A stretch of 58,133 nucleotides of DNA. Origin: a virus. Lineage: Duplodnaviria; Caudoviricetes. The stretch covers positions 1-58,133 of the IMG/VR virus record IMGVR_UViG_3300050161_000124; one strand, 5' to 3'. Position 1 is the first letter of the stretch. Each line of letters opens with the position of its first letter. Shown piece by piece: positions 1 to 10,278 of the stretch. A program made the translations under genes and the position numbers. The notes beneath the pieces were generated by a model. The model ran no database searches, was not told the origin of the DNA, and saw only the letters and a program-made list of their open reading frames with translations.

Positions 1-64
1 GCCCTTGAATATCTACTTCTGAGGTAGTTCTAGGGGTGACGGAGTTTACTCTTAGATTCGACAT
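1..64 (-). CDS. 5' end of a tail fibre-like protein (truncated by window edge)
   Basis: ATG at 64 immediately follows the stop of the 65..949 gene; open to the window edge (MSNLRVNSVTPRTTSEVDIQG...). Not in the ORF track. Confidence 0.6.
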   Translation of the reverse strand, partial: MSNLRVNSVTPRTTSEVDIQG

Positions 65-949
65 TTAAACAATGCTCCACGATGATCCTGCAGGGACGGT
101 GACTGTAACTCCGGGATTAATGAAAATGGGACCAGCACTAGAGGCGTTCTTGGCAGCAGGAATGGAGTAGTTAGACCAGACAGTCTGCTCGTTCTCAAAA
201 AAGATCCTATCTGAACCCCCGCCGGTTGGTACTTTGGCTGGTGCAGCTCTATAGATTTCATAAGTATCTGTACTTACAGGTAATGTAGGGACTGCTACTG
301 ACCATGATACGTTATTAGCAGAAATGCTTAGGAATCTGCATAGACCTAGGTTAGGCCCGCTAACAAACTGTAGAATATAAGAAGTAGAGTTGGTGTCTAT
401 CAGGAACGACCCGGACCCAGTTAAGGGTAGGGACGTAGTAGTACAAGTTCCAGAACCTACGGTACTAACTCTAGCTGTATCTGGGTAATTAAGGAATCTC
501 CATTTAGTTCCAGTTACCACTGCAAAAATAGGAATACCGCTAGGATCAGTAACACTACATATAGCAGAATTACCATCTACAGAGGTAGGAGTAGGTAGAT
601 CACTTACAGACGTGTAATCCGCCAAGCGGTCTGTAAGTCTAGCAAACTTCCGGATACTGCCTGCGGTTAGTCTATTCTCTACTTTAGTAGTGGAGATAAA
701 ACTACTGGCAACAGTCCCTTCTTGACCCCTAACACACCCAGTAAAGGAGGTAGAAGTCTTACCTGTAACTTTAATAATTTCAACATTAACCCCATCATCT
801 GCCGTGATAAAAAAGTAATCGGTACCTGCTGAAATAGTAGGGAACCCGGCAGTAGTAGTTACGGATAAAGTAGTATCCGAGTTTGAGATAGGGGAGGTCA
901 GCAACGCCCTAGCGTTGTTTGAATATAGAGTGTTGTTATTCGTAGTCAT
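65..949 (-). CDS. tail fibre/baseplate-associated structural protein
   Basis: Thr/Ser-rich. N-terminal NNA..L...CVRGQEGT motif and C-terminal NASSAGPI..GVTVTVP..SWSIV motif typical of phage fibre proteins; sits in the baseplate module. Confidence 0.65.
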   Translation of the reverse strand: MTTNNNTLYSNNARALLTSPISNSDTTLSVTTTAGFPTISAGTDYFFITADDGVNVEIIKVTGKTSTSFTGCVRGQEGTVASSFISTTKVENRLTAGSIRKFARLTDRLADYTSVSDLPTPTSVDGNSAICSVTDPSGIPIFAVVTGTKWRFLNYPDTARVSTVGSGTCTTTSLPLTGSGSFLIDTNSTSYILQFVSGPNLGLCRFLSISANNVSWSVAVPTLPVSTDTYEIYRAAPAKVPTGGGSDRIFFENEQTVWSNYSIPAAKNASSAGPIFINPGVTVTVPAGSSWSIV

Positions 950-952
950 GAA

Positions 953-1306
953 TTACAGAAGAATAGTTTGAGTACTAGATTTAGCCGATAAGTACGCAGC
1001 CTTGAAGTTTTGCACGTCTTTAATTAACTTAGCTTTGATAGATCTAGGATCTCTGTCTAACGGGATGTGGATAACGGCTTGAGTATACTTGATGAACTTA
1101 TTACCAAATACAGGTATGTCTGTACCAACATATGTCTGAACCCGGGAGAAATCCTCTAGAGTACAAATTGATTGATATTGACCTAATCCTGAGCCCGCAT
1201 TTTCATAGAGGAAGATGTCCGTAGGAATATCGCCTGTGGAAGTGATCGAAGCTGTTAGAAGGTACTCCCCGCTTACGATATCTATGTTTATAGTTAAGCT
1301 GGACAT
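953..1306 (-). CDS. hypothetical virion protein
   Basis: 117 aa ORF tightly packed in the structural operon. Confidence 0.6.
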   Translation of the reverse strand: MSSLTINIDIVSGEYLLTASITSTGDIPTDIFLYENAGSGLGQYQSICTLEDFSRVQTYVGTDIPVFGNKFIKYTQAVIHIPLDRDPRSIKAKLIKDVQNFKAAYLSAKSSTQTILL

Positions 1307-1307
1307 A

Positions 1308-1796
1308 TTAGATTTTTATTACCCACTCCAGGTTTAATGAAAAAGAAGACTTCTTTAAAACCGTAGGGAATACTTTAATATTAAACATACGGCCTGTAGC
1401 AGTAAAGAATCCAGCTTCATTAAGTTTTAAACCGTTACCTACTGAGTTATCAATATTAGCCATCAAAGTTATAGTAGGAATATCTGGATTATCACCAGTC
1501 TTAACAATTGGGCTAGAAAATACGGGATTATAAAGGTCAGTCCTATCTATAGTAGGGATCTTTAAAAAAAGACCTTCAGCGTCACTTGCCCCGCCCGTAC
1601 CTATCTTGGCGTAAGATAACGGATCACCGGCCCCTGATGAATAGTACAGCTGATTAATAAGCGCGTACTTTCCAGACTTTACTATCAAATTTTGATCTTG
1701 GAAAACTGTGGAGGTAGAACCGTCGTCAAATACTTTGACTATACGAAGAAATCCGCTAGGGTTGATCCCACCTTCCTGAAACTGAATTGCACTCAT
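1308..1796 (-). CDS. baseplate/tail-fibre attachment protein
   Basis: QNLIVKSGK...IGTGG...LNEAGFF pattern resembles phage tail-collar/fibre-junction proteins. Confidence 0.6.
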   Translation of the reverse strand: MSAIQFQEGGINPSGFLRIVKVFDDGSTSTVFQDQNLIVKSGKYALINQLYYSSGAGDPLSYAKIGTGGASDAEGLFLKIPTIDRTDLYNPVFSSPIVKTGDNPDIPTITLMANIDNSVGNGLKLNEAGFFTATGRMFNIKVFPTVLKKSSFSLNLEWVIKI

Positions 1797-1800
1797 TTTT

Positions 1801-3027
1801 TTAGTTTATGAAATTTTGGTCTATTGGGGTACTGTTTATGTTCAGCATAACAGACTGTATTTGAGTAACGTCGAAAGACAGTTCAACGACAGTCGCCAAC
1901 TCATCTCCGCCCATGTCTAACTTCCAAACGTAAACTGGTTGTGCATGCAGAGGCTTTGCATTATACAGGATGTCAGATAGATAGTTAAAGTACTTATTAC
2001 CTTGAAATGAGCCGATGTTTATCCGTACAAGGAAAGTGTTTGCATACAAGTACTTTGACATTAGCATATCAAAGTTACTACCGGGTTTTGCAAATCGATC
2101 TATTTGATTACCTGGAAATCCTCTGATTATAGACTCTGGTATGCTAACATTTAACCACCAACTTCCGTCTGATACGTGATCTTTAAGCTCAACCCACTTA
2201 GCTAAAGAGGTGCCGACCGTTACTATATCATCTATAGATACGTTCGGGTTAATTCCCACCGGTAAAATGTACTGATCCGTATCGGTAATTATGATGTATT
2301 GGTTTGTAAGTACGTTAAATCTAATATCTAGCACAACTCCGGAGTCCCTGACTAAAGGTATTCCCAGTACTAGATTTAGACCTTTTTCTAGTACGCTTAG
2401 AGTAGGGCCGTTCAGGTATAAATAATAAAGGCCGTATACGAAGTTAGAAAACTGGTCACTGGAGACTTCTGGTAAGACCCCTAGAATTTTCCCGTAAGAC
2501 TTATACATCAGAGAGTCATCTAGGACTACATCCGTAGCCCATAGGGCGTACTCATCTTCGTTGTTTGTAGTAGGTCTCTTACTAAATTTGTATTCAGATA
2601 GGGGTCTGGCGAACCTTATAAAACAAGAGTCAGAATCATTTTGAGTAATGCGAAAGTCTACTCCTTCCTCTAAAGTTTCGGTCGGGAGAAAGGGTCGGTT
2701 ACTTAAGAACTTAGCAAAGACTAGGGGCTGATTAATCTTATACAGAGTAGAAGATCCGACCTTGTCAGATTCTTGCACTAATAGAAGCTTAATAGTAGAC
2801 CCCGTGTTAGTCTGAATCCCCGCAAGAGATAGGGAAGAACTTACCTGTAAGAACTTGCTATATATTTCCGATGCCTGCAGCGAATTAGATTCTAAAAGAA
2901 CGTTTACCGTTTCAGTATCTTCGAACACGTAGGAGAAGAAGTCTGCAAGCCCATACAGATAATTCATGTTACGGGACCCTGCCCCAACATCAACCCCGTC
3001 TTCAGTAAAGGTTGAAATAGGTACCAT
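1801..3027 (-). CDS. putative baseplate wedge protein
   Basis: 408 aa, coupled to the baseplate J-like gene; KP.H motif near the C-terminus as in gpI-like wedge proteins. Confidence 0.55.
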   Translation of the reverse strand: MVPISTFTEDGVDVGAGSRNMNYLYGLADFFSYVFEDTETVNVLLESNSLQASEIYSKFLQVSSSLSLAGIQTNTGSTIKLLLVQESDKVGSSTLYKINQPLVFAKFLSNRPFLPTETLEEGVDFRITQNDSDSCFIRFARPLSEYKFSKRPTTNNEDEYALWATDVVLDDSLMYKSYGKILGVLPEVSSDQFSNFVYGLYYLYLNGPTLSVLEKGLNLVLGIPLVRDSGVVLDIRFNVLTNQYIIITDTDQYILPVGINPNVSIDDIVTVGTSLAKWVELKDHVSDGSWWLNVSIPESIIRGFPGNQIDRFAKPGSNFDMLMSKYLYANTFLVRINIGSFQGNKYFNYLSDILYNAKPLHAQPVYVWKLDMGGDELATVVELSFDVTQIQSVMLNINSTPIDQNFIN

Positions 3028-5015
3028 TATACAGACCCAGGAGGAGTACTAAGTGCGGTCGTTACAGAACCTAGAATATAAATAGAAGTAGTATTTTCAG
3101 GTATTAGTACATCTAGGATTGTAGCCTGTTTAGCAGGAAATAGATCCTTAGTGTAGTAGTTATACACTACATCTATTGGCGTTTTTAACCCTGCAATGTT
3201 ACCCGACGTAGTGAGAACTGAAACCAAATCGGATAGAATCAAGTCTTGACCTGGGGCTAGGCTCTTTAAGAACCCTTCAATAAGGGTGGCCGCATGGCCG
3301 CTAGTGGGTAAGATTTCCCCGTAAATTATCAAGTTTATATCGAGTACATAGATATCAAAGCCTCTGGCTAGATAATCAGCACATAAGACCCTATTATCAG
3401 AAAGCTCTAAGTAAGACTGAACTGATGGTAAATAGTCGAAAGTTCCTAGCTGCATGGTGCATGTTTGACCGGCATAGCTACTACCAAAATTAATGTCCAT
3501 GACCTGTCTAGTAGAGAACCCAGTATCTAAGTAGGGGTTAGTATATGTAATACTAGGAGCTAGATTAGACCCTACTGTTAGCGGAGTTGCTGATAAATTA
3601 TGCCCGACTCTGAAGTTATCGGGATCAATTACAGAACTTACCGACAGATAGAGATTCGAAGACGCTTGAGGCCAACCGTGAATCTTCACCATACGACCTA
3701 CGACCATCATATGGTTAACCATTTTTACCGCAATAGTACCATCTAGTGGTTGGGTGAATACTGGGCTGAAATCTACGGTATGACCGGGATACGTCGTAGT
3801 AAAACTAATTCCCGCCCCTAAGGTATCTGCATCTCCAAAGGGTACTGTGCTACGAGAAACTTGAAATACTGGCCCGTTAATTCTAACTGAGCCGTTAGAA
3901 TCTAGCGTGTATTTAGCTAAACTTTGGGTTACCGTCTCTGAGCAGTAAATATCTACTGCCCCGCCCTGATGTAAATATAGATTTTCAATAGCAGGGGTTA
4001 CCGTAGGTGCTAGAAAGGTACGATTAGGAGTGCTAACTGGTACTGTAACTTTGAAATTGCCGGCGTCAATTATGGTATTAACTCTTGCCCGCCTGTACAC
4101 TACTTTATCGCTAGCTAAACCAGCTTCTACTACGTCTACGAGTTGGTTTAGTTTCAAGCTGTGATTAGCGAGCGCAATAAGCATGCTAGTGCCGGAGTCA
4201 ACAATAGACATAGAAGTCCCCGTCGCAGGGTCTCCATAGCTGCCGTTAACATTGATTTGGTCTCGGAACATTTCAGGCTCTCCCGCACCGATAGGGAGAA
4301 TCCGGTTTAGGTAGTTGAGATCGACTCTAAGTTTGCTGTCGGTACTAGGTTTATTAATTAGGTTGCGAGTACTGATAGAAGATTTTGCTCTACTAATAAA
4401 CTCTAAGTTAGTTTCCGGCTCATTACTGGCTTGCGAGAGATAGTTTATTTCCCCGTGTAAAAAGTAAGGATCGAAGTTGCTAAAGTAGAGTAAACTCCCG
4501 CTGCTGATATTATAAGCCGAGCCTTTTTCTCCTGCAATTAGATCTACGTCTATGAACCACTCGTTCTGAAAAGAATCGAACTGTAGAGCGTTGGCTGGAT
4601 ACGTAGTGGCGGTTACTGGAAAAAACAAGAGATCAGAATTCGTAGAGAAGCTAATGTTAGTAGTTAATGACACAGATTTCTGACGCGCAAAGTAAAGTCT
4701 GGCGTTAATTACCGAGAATGATCCTGTGTTACGAGTCAGAAATAAATTGCTGAGCAGGTCATCCACTAACTCTTGTGGGGAAGTATCGCTTACTTTAGCG
4801 AGGGTGTTCTGAGAGAAATAGTAGTCAAAACCAGTCTTACACAAAGCCAGTAGAAAAGCCGAGGGTCGGATCACTAAATCTCTAATACCAGTACCTTCCC
4901 GGAGATCTAAATCTGGATACTTAGCCTCTAAGATTTGCTTAGCAAACAACTCCGCTTCCAGTATGTCTTGCTGGCTTGGTTGAATCCCGGAGATTACTGA
5001 ATATAGATCTGACAT
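3027..5015 (-). CDS. baseplate wedge subunit (gpJ/gp6-like)
   Basis: DLREGTGIRDLVIRP, AGEKGSAYNI and ETNLEFISR motifs match baseplate J-like proteins. Confidence 0.75.
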   Translation of the reverse strand: MSDLYSVISGIQPSQQDILEAELFAKQILEAKYPDLDLREGTGIRDLVIRPSAFLLALCKTGFDYYFSQNTLAKVSDTSPQELVDDLLSNLFLTRNTGSFSVINARLYFARQKSVSLTTNISFSTNSDLLFFPVTATTYPANALQFDSFQNEWFIDVDLIAGEKGSAYNISSGSLLYFSNFDPYFLHGEINYLSQASNEPETNLEFISRAKSSISTRNLINKPSTDSKLRVDLNYLNRILPIGAGEPEMFRDQINVNGSYGDPATGTSMSIVDSGTSMLIALANHSLKLNQLVDVVEAGLASDKVVYRRARVNTIIDAGNFKVTVPVSTPNRTFLAPTVTPAIENLYLHQGGAVDIYCSETVTQSLAKYTLDSNGSVRINGPVFQVSRSTVPFGDADTLGAGISFTTTYPGHTVDFSPVFTQPLDGTIAVKMVNHMMVVGRMVKIHGWPQASSNLYLSVSSVIDPDNFRVGHNLSATPLTVGSNLAPSITYTNPYLDTGFSTRQVMDINFGSSYAGQTCTMQLGTFDYLPSVQSYLELSDNRVLCADYLARGFDIYVLDINLIIYGEILPTSGHAATLIEGFLKSLAPGQDLILSDLVSVLTTSGNIAGLKTPIDVVYNYYTKDLFPAKQATILDVLIPENTTSIYILGSVTTALSTPPGSV

Positions 5016-5065
5016 AGACAGATTATAGCACGATTAGTCTTATTAGCCCGCTAGTTGGTTGCGCA

Positions 5066-6439
5066 TCAAGGCTCCACCCGGAAGAATAGAAGATCATCTA
5101 GCCCTATAGAACCTACATCACTTTCCATTATTATATAATCTAAATACTCATAGCCATATGCAGCCAAGTTTGGTACGTAGTTTTGAATCCAAACTACGCT
5201 ACCACCTGTCCCACTAGTGAAGGGGTAATCTATGCGAGTATGGCCTAACCTAGTTACGTAGGTGAATCTGACCGAGTTGGCGCCACCGCCTATAGTTGAA
5301 GGCTGAGTTAAGCTCGTTTTAAACCTGTTTACTAGAATACTGGGATCAATAGATATTTTGAAGCTAGAGCCCCTCATATATCCTGTAGTAGTATTCGCTC
5401 CGTCAGGGGAGGGTGTCGCCGCCCCTGGAGTTGTATTATCGCAAATCCTGGGCGTACCCTGAATGCCAGTAACAGTATTAGTGAAAGTAGAAAATGTAAA
5501 TCCTAAGTTCTTATAGTTAACCCCATCGAGAGATAAAGCCGCTCCTCCTGTAGAGTCGTTGTTGAAATCGATCAAGTACGACTCTAATGCAACACTGATT
5601 AAGGTGAACGAATTTATGCTAGCAATTTGATTTGCACTGTCGATTACTGTTACTACTAATCCCGGATATGAGCCCGCCGCAGGCATAGTCCCAGAAACGA
5701 ATCCAGAGGTAGGGTTTATAGATAAACCTACGGAAGTCATGGCAGAATTTACGCTATAAGTATAAGGAGGGGTTCCACCCGCCCCCGTAGCTGAAAAACC
5801 AGCGTAAGAAGAGCCGGCATACCCGGTAGTAACTGGTGTAGCTGAAATAGTTAAAGTAGGAGGCGGGGCTGGCGGAATGGGAGCAGGGCTAGGAGCCGGT
5901 ACAAGAGCCTGAGGAGCTGCCTCTATAATTTCCTGATCCCCCAAACCAAACTCTGGGAATGGGACTGAGATGGAAGCGTTTTCTCCCGCCAAAGTTACCA
6001 AATTAATGACGACGAACCAACCCTCTTCCACTCTATCCATACCTACAACATCGGTAGTGTCTAGCGTAGACTCTAGATCAATAGTATCAACATTCAGCAT
6101 ACTCCGTACTTGATCGGACGCATCTTTAACAGCAGAAACTACGTCGGAGATAAAAGTTTGATTATCTTCTAACAAGTTAGCACCTATCATAATACTAGGC
6201 ATTAAGGTGCCTTTGTTAGGATAGAAGGGGTCACTACCTTTAGAGGATAACAAGACTCTAAGAAAGTGCTGAGCAACTTTTTGTATTCCTGTTATTTTCA
6301 TTGGCACATCGTACAACCCAAACGAAATTTGACCCTCAGGGAACGTACCTTTAACAGTCATCTTGACCATTAGTAAGTCGTGCGAGCCTCCTGCATTTAA
6401 ATTAGCCGCAGTCCCCACTCTATTAGATAAATAGGTCAT
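5066..6439 (-). CDS. gp25/gpW-like baseplate protein with Pro linker and Ig-like (putative He_PIG) extension
   Basis: N-terminal KITGIQKVAQ..LL...GSDPFYP..GT resembles gp25-like sheath initiators. The GGTPPYTYS Ig-like motif is shared with 45326..46882. Confidence 0.6.
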   Translation of the reverse strand: MTYLSNRVGTAANLNAGGSHDLLMVKMTVKGTFPEGQISFGLYDVPMKITGIQKVAQHFLRVLLSSKGSDPFYPNKGTLMPSIMIGANLLEDNQTFISDVVSAVKDASDQVRSMLNVDTIDLESTLDTTDVVGMDRVEEGWFVVINLVTLAGENASISVPFPEFGLGDQEIIEAAPQALVPAPSPAPIPPAPPPTLTISATPVTTGYAGSSYAGFSATGAGGTPPYTYSVNSAMTSVGLSINPTSGFVSGTMPAAGSYPGLVVTVIDSANQIASINSFTLISVALESYLIDFNNDSTGGAALSLDGVNYKNLGFTFSTFTNTVTGIQGTPRICDNTTPGAATPSPDGANTTTGYMRGSSFKISIDPSILVNRFKTSLTQPSTIGGGANSVRFTYVTRLGHTRIDYPFTSGTGGSVVWIQNYVPNLAAYGYEYLDYIIMESDVGSIGLDDLLFFRVEP

Positions 6440-6807
6440 CGATCTCCTCCTGTCGGATTACCTGAATCAACTCCTACTAAGAACGATCCTGAGTTCGAAT
6501 AAAAAGTAGTTTCTTCACTAAGCTCTGCTGCATGACCTATGTATAACTGAGACTTAGTCATCTTAGACATAGATATTTCCCTAGACAGTGCGGCTGAAGT
6601 GAAGATGGCCTCCTGATTAGCCCCTGATTGAAAGCTACCATTATTAACAGAATTGCCGACGACTTTTGTAAGCAGTGCGTCGTATCCCAGATTAAACAAA
6701 GTAGAAACCTCAGGCGGAACCCCACCTGACAATAGATATTCTTGACTAGAATTAAAGAACTCCGACAAGGTATCAAATATATTTGAAATCTCAGCAATAG
6801 TACTCAT
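6436..6807 (-). CDS. hypothetical protein
   Basis: 123 aa ORF with start/stop overlaps to both neighbours. Confidence 0.6.
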   Translation of the reverse strand: MSTIAEISNIFDTLSEFFNSSQEYLLSGGVPPEVSTLFNLGYDALLTKVVGNSVNNGSFQSGANQEAIFTSAALSREISMSKMTKSQLYIGHAAELSEETTFYSNSGSFLVGVDSGNPTGGDR

Positions 6808-7559
6808 TACATCCCTAGCTCAATTTTTAGCTGGGCTACTTTATCTCTAAGCTTTCTCATTAGATAGTTCAGGCGGTTGGTATCAACTCCTATTTTTTCC
6901 GCTAACTGGACTGATGACATTTTACCACGGTTATTTAAAATGAAAGTCTCCTGCTCGTTCAGATGGGAAAGAAGGGATTTTAGTAACAAGTTATTGTCTG
7001 AAAACTCGGAAACTTGAGTTGGATTTTCATTGGCACTCTCAATATGGTCGGAGTAGATTCTAGACTTGAATTTATCTACCCTAGATTTAGACCAGCCCAG
7101 TCGGTCAGCGATATGTTGGGAAGTCGGTTCCTCATTCATCTCGTCTGTTAAAGACTGAACTGCCCGATTGTAGTGATGAAAATCTAATTGCATATGTTCG
7201 GGTAATCTAGCGAAGTTCTGATACTTGTAATTAACTCGTTTAGTTCTACGAATGTAGTTAGTCACATGCGTACTCAGAGCAAATCCCTTGTTAGGATCAA
7301 AAGTCTTTACTGCTTTAATGGCCCAAATTTTTGCTTCACCCATTAAAGCTACAGTTGGGACTGACCCTGCCACCGAGGATACTTCCTTCGTTAAGATAGG
7401 GGCCAGGTGATTAATTAGTTTAGACATGTCTTTCTTAGACTTTGTTTGAGCCCAGTTGTTATACAAGGCTATATCCTTTGATTTATAGTCAATTTTTTCA
7501 GGGACAATAGGCTCATCAATACCATCATCCATAACTCCGTTATCTAAGACGTTTTCCAT
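6807..7559 (-). CDS. phage-encoded sigma70-family RNA polymerase sigma factor (probably late)
   Basis: Region-2-like AIKAVKTFDPNKGFALSTHV, region-3-like EEPTSQHIADRLGWS, and region-4 HTH-like LNEQE...SVQLAEKIGV. Confidence 0.8.
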   Translation of the reverse strand: MENVLDNGVMDDGIDEPIVPEKIDYKSKDIALYNNWAQTKSKKDMSKLINHLAPILTKEVSSVAGSVPTVALMGEAKIWAIKAVKTFDPNKGFALSTHVTNYIRRTKRVNYKYQNFARLPEHMQLDFHHYNRAVQSLTDEMNEEPTSQHIADRLGWSKSRVDKFKSRIYSDHIESANENPTQVSEFSDNNLLLKSLLSHLNEQETFILNNRGKMSSVQLAEKIGVDTNRLNYLMRKLRDKVAQLKIELGM

Positions 7560-7759
7560 TACACTGCAAACACCGGGTAATTACTGCTAATAGAGTTCAC
7601 ATATGCGATCATAAATGCTTGTAGTTTAGAACTAAACCTTTGATTAACAAAGCATTCAGGGGCAGAGCTGGTCCCGCTCAGTGACCCTGTCATATTAGTA
7701 GGGATTTGTTGAATAGCAGGTAAGCCTACGTAGGCCGATTGAATTAGTGGAGTAGTCAT
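7559..7759 (-). CDS. hypothetical protein
   Basis: 66 aa ORF overlapping the start/stop of both neighbours. Confidence 0.55.
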   Translation of the reverse strand: MTTPLIQSAYVGLPAIQQIPTNMTGSLSGTSSAPECFVNQRFSSKLQAFMIAYVNSISSNYPVFAV

Positions 7760-10269
7760 AGTAGGTTTTTCTGTTTGGCGTTAGCGATATAATCAGCAGT
7801 GCCCATGTAATCCAGGAATAGACTAGCGCCAGGCTCGAGAAGCAAGTTGTTAGCTAGAATAGGATTGACGTAGTTCAAGAACGAGTTATTGTACATATCT
7901 CTAGTTATATCTATAAACTTATAATCGAACTTTGAGGCAATACTTTCCCTAGACTCGATCGGGCGACTTACTAATCTTAGATTACCAACGGCAGAATAGT
8001 AGTCATCTTTTTGCCTAGCGTCGTGAGTTTTAGTGTGGAGATTTGGTTGGGATGAGGACGCAGAAATAACTCTAGGTACTAGCACCCCAGCTCTGCGATC
8101 TAGGGGGTACGCTCGGCCTGTAGTGAAGTGAATCAAATCATCCGGACTAGCCGCACCGACCCCTAGGACTTGTCGGTAAAAAGAGTCTGCAGTAGCCTTA
8201 GCAATAGGGTTTTGAATTAAAGTAGATACTGGAGATTTAATAGGGGTTGTATCTCCCTGCGCACTACTTTGAAAAGCTGCTAGGTCAATATCAGCATTTA
8301 TCATATTCAACGCCGTCTGCAAAAAAGGAGCTACGGGAGGGGTGTAGTAGTTAGACAACTCAGCGTATGTGGTGACCGCAACCATGCTTACCATCGTAGA
8401 AATAGACCTGGCAGTAATAGAGTGGCTAACTGAAGTACAGTACCCGTGGAAGCTGGGGTGATTAGGGCTCTCATCAATAACATCCATAGGATAACCAGGA
8501 ATGATATAAGGATTGAACAAGGCCTCTACAGTACCGCTTCTAGAGGTGGCGACCTTTTCCGAAAACTCATAATCCACTGTAGAAAAGAGAATTCTTTGAT
8601 AGGGCTTGATTGGATTCAGGGGGTCGTTTTGATTCAGGTTGTTTTTAGTAGGGTCATAGAGAATCTTGAACTGGTCGTCATTCTCCGTGATCTTCATTGA
8701 ATAGCGATTCCTCCATTCAGCAGTCAAAACCATCATGTTCTTATAATTGGTTGTACCTAAGGTAGGGACCTCTTCGGCATTACCTTCCGTACCTTGGGAC
8801 TCTTTATCAGAGTTCAACAGAACTAGCCACCAAGGTAGATTAACTCTTGTAGGCCTAATACCGTTACCTAGTTCATATTTACCGGGAATATGAAAGGAGT
8901 ATCCTAGGGTGGAGTTGAGATTCAAATCTGTTACGTTAGCCGCCCCGTTAAGCAAAACGTTATGGGCTAAAGCCTCTCTAACAGAGTGAGGGGCTAAGAA
9001 GGTACTTTGCAGGTTTGAGCCACCAGAGCTACTGGGCGTAGAGTCGTGTAGGGCTACTACTCGAGTAGGAGTCATGGACTCTGATTGATTCACGACTATA
9101 GAAGAGTACATCCTAGGGAGTAATACGTTACAAGTAGGAGCGTAGTAGAAAGGTATCTGAGGTTTAAGAATAGTCTCAATAGTTGTTTTCTCTACTCCTT
9201 GTACGTTCAGGGACTCAATATACTTATCATTATCTACTGATATTTCTGCGGGACTTGCTAGAGTGTTAATGTCGTATTTACAATAAGACATCATGTTGCC
9301 AATCAGCTCTCCGAACGAGGTCATCTCCCCGGAAAATCCCACCATGGAAGCTAGGTTTTTCACCGCCAACTCTCTTTGAATAGCAGAGATCATAGGGCTA
9401 CGAAAGCAGGGAGGAATGATTACCTTTACGTGAGGCTGGCCTGCTTGATGGCAATAATCTTCCTTACTGCCTTGTAGAGACGCTTCTAGTAGGGGGTGGC
9501 CTGACATACGTTTGAAGTAAGATATACCTTCTTCGAACAACGGAATGTACATAGTAGATAAACCAAGATTAACCTTGGGATTTACGTACGCCTCTTTCTT
9601 AATTTGATTCCACAGACTTAGAACGGTTCCTGGCATTCCTTCTAGACGAACTAGGTTCTTAGCCAAAGAAGGGTCAATCTTATCTACCGGCGCATCCTTA
9701 ATCTTGACGTTGCCCGGACCTAGAATTTCCGCGCCTACGGCAACTCCCGAAATGCCTGCCATAGCAGTTACCACCATACTCGGGGAATTCAGAGCCGCAG
9801 TCTTTATTGCCTGATTAGGGTTGTCGTTAGTAGATATATTTGAGTTACCCCACCCCGAGTAATCCAAGGTTAACTGATTTAAAACAGAGTTCTTGTGCTC
9901 GCAATGAAAGCTAATACTAGTACTCCCAGAGTTCCTACTTCTAGAGTAAGTATTAGACTTAATGTGACCCCAAAATAGCAGCCGGAACCCGCCGTAGTTA
10001 TCATCGCGGTAAAATATATGAACTTTAGGCTCATACCCTCTGACAATATCTAAGAGGCCACTTTCCGGAGGAATCGAAATATCTGCACTAGGCAAGCTGT
10101 TGTAGGTCTGGTTAACAGAAATTGCCTCGAAAGGGACTTGGACCCCTTCTATGTACAACTTAACATCAGGAGCTATGACGTCTGTGTTGTTTAAACCTGC
10201 GGGAATAGCTGGCTGCTTAGTCACTCCGTAGAAAGTGCCCGCAGACTTGAATAAGGAAAACGTTGCCAT
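7756..10269 (-). CDS. putative baseplate hub (gp27/gpD-like) protein
   Basis: 837 aa. N-terminal LYIEGVQVPF and FNPYIIPGYP...GYCTSVSHSI hub-like motifs; lies downstream of the tape measure. Confidence 0.55.
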   Translation of the reverse strand: MATFSLFKSAGTFYGVTKQPAIPAGLNNTDVIAPDVKLYIEGVQVPFEAISVNQTYNSLPSADISIPPESGLLDIVRGYEPKVHIFYRDDNYGGFRLLFWGHIKSNTYSRSRNSGSTSISFHCEHKNSVLNQLTLDYSGWGNSNISTNDNPNQAIKTAALNSPSMVVTAMAGISGVAVGAEILGPGNVKIKDAPVDKIDPSLAKNLVRLEGMPGTVLSLWNQIKKEAYVNPKVNLGLSTMYIPLFEEGISYFKRMSGHPLLEASLQGSKEDYCHQAGQPHVKVIIPPCFRSPMISAIQRELAVKNLASMVGFSGEMTSFGELIGNMMSYCKYDINTLASPAEISVDNDKYIESLNVQGVEKTTIETILKPQIPFYYAPTCNVLLPRMYSSIVVNQSESMTPTRVVALHDSTPSSSGGSNLQSTFLAPHSVREALAHNVLLNGAANVTDLNLNSTLGYSFHIPGKYELGNGIRPTRVNLPWWLVLLNSDKESQGTEGNAEEVPTLGTTNYKNMMVLTAEWRNRYSMKITENDDQFKILYDPTKNNLNQNDPLNPIKPYQRILFSTVDYEFSEKVATSRSGTVEALFNPYIIPGYPMDVIDESPNHPSFHGYCTSVSHSITARSISTMVSMVAVTTYAELSNYYTPPVAPFLQTALNMINADIDLAAFQSSAQGDTTPIKSPVSTLIQNPIAKATADSFYRQVLGVGAASPDDLIHFTTGRAYPLDRRAGVLVPRVISASSSQPNLHTKTHDARQKDDYYSAVGNLRLVSRPIESRESIASKFDYKFIDITRDMYNNSFLNYVNPILANNLLLEPGASLFLDYMGTADYIANAKQKNLL

Positions 10270-10278
10270 TTATAGACT

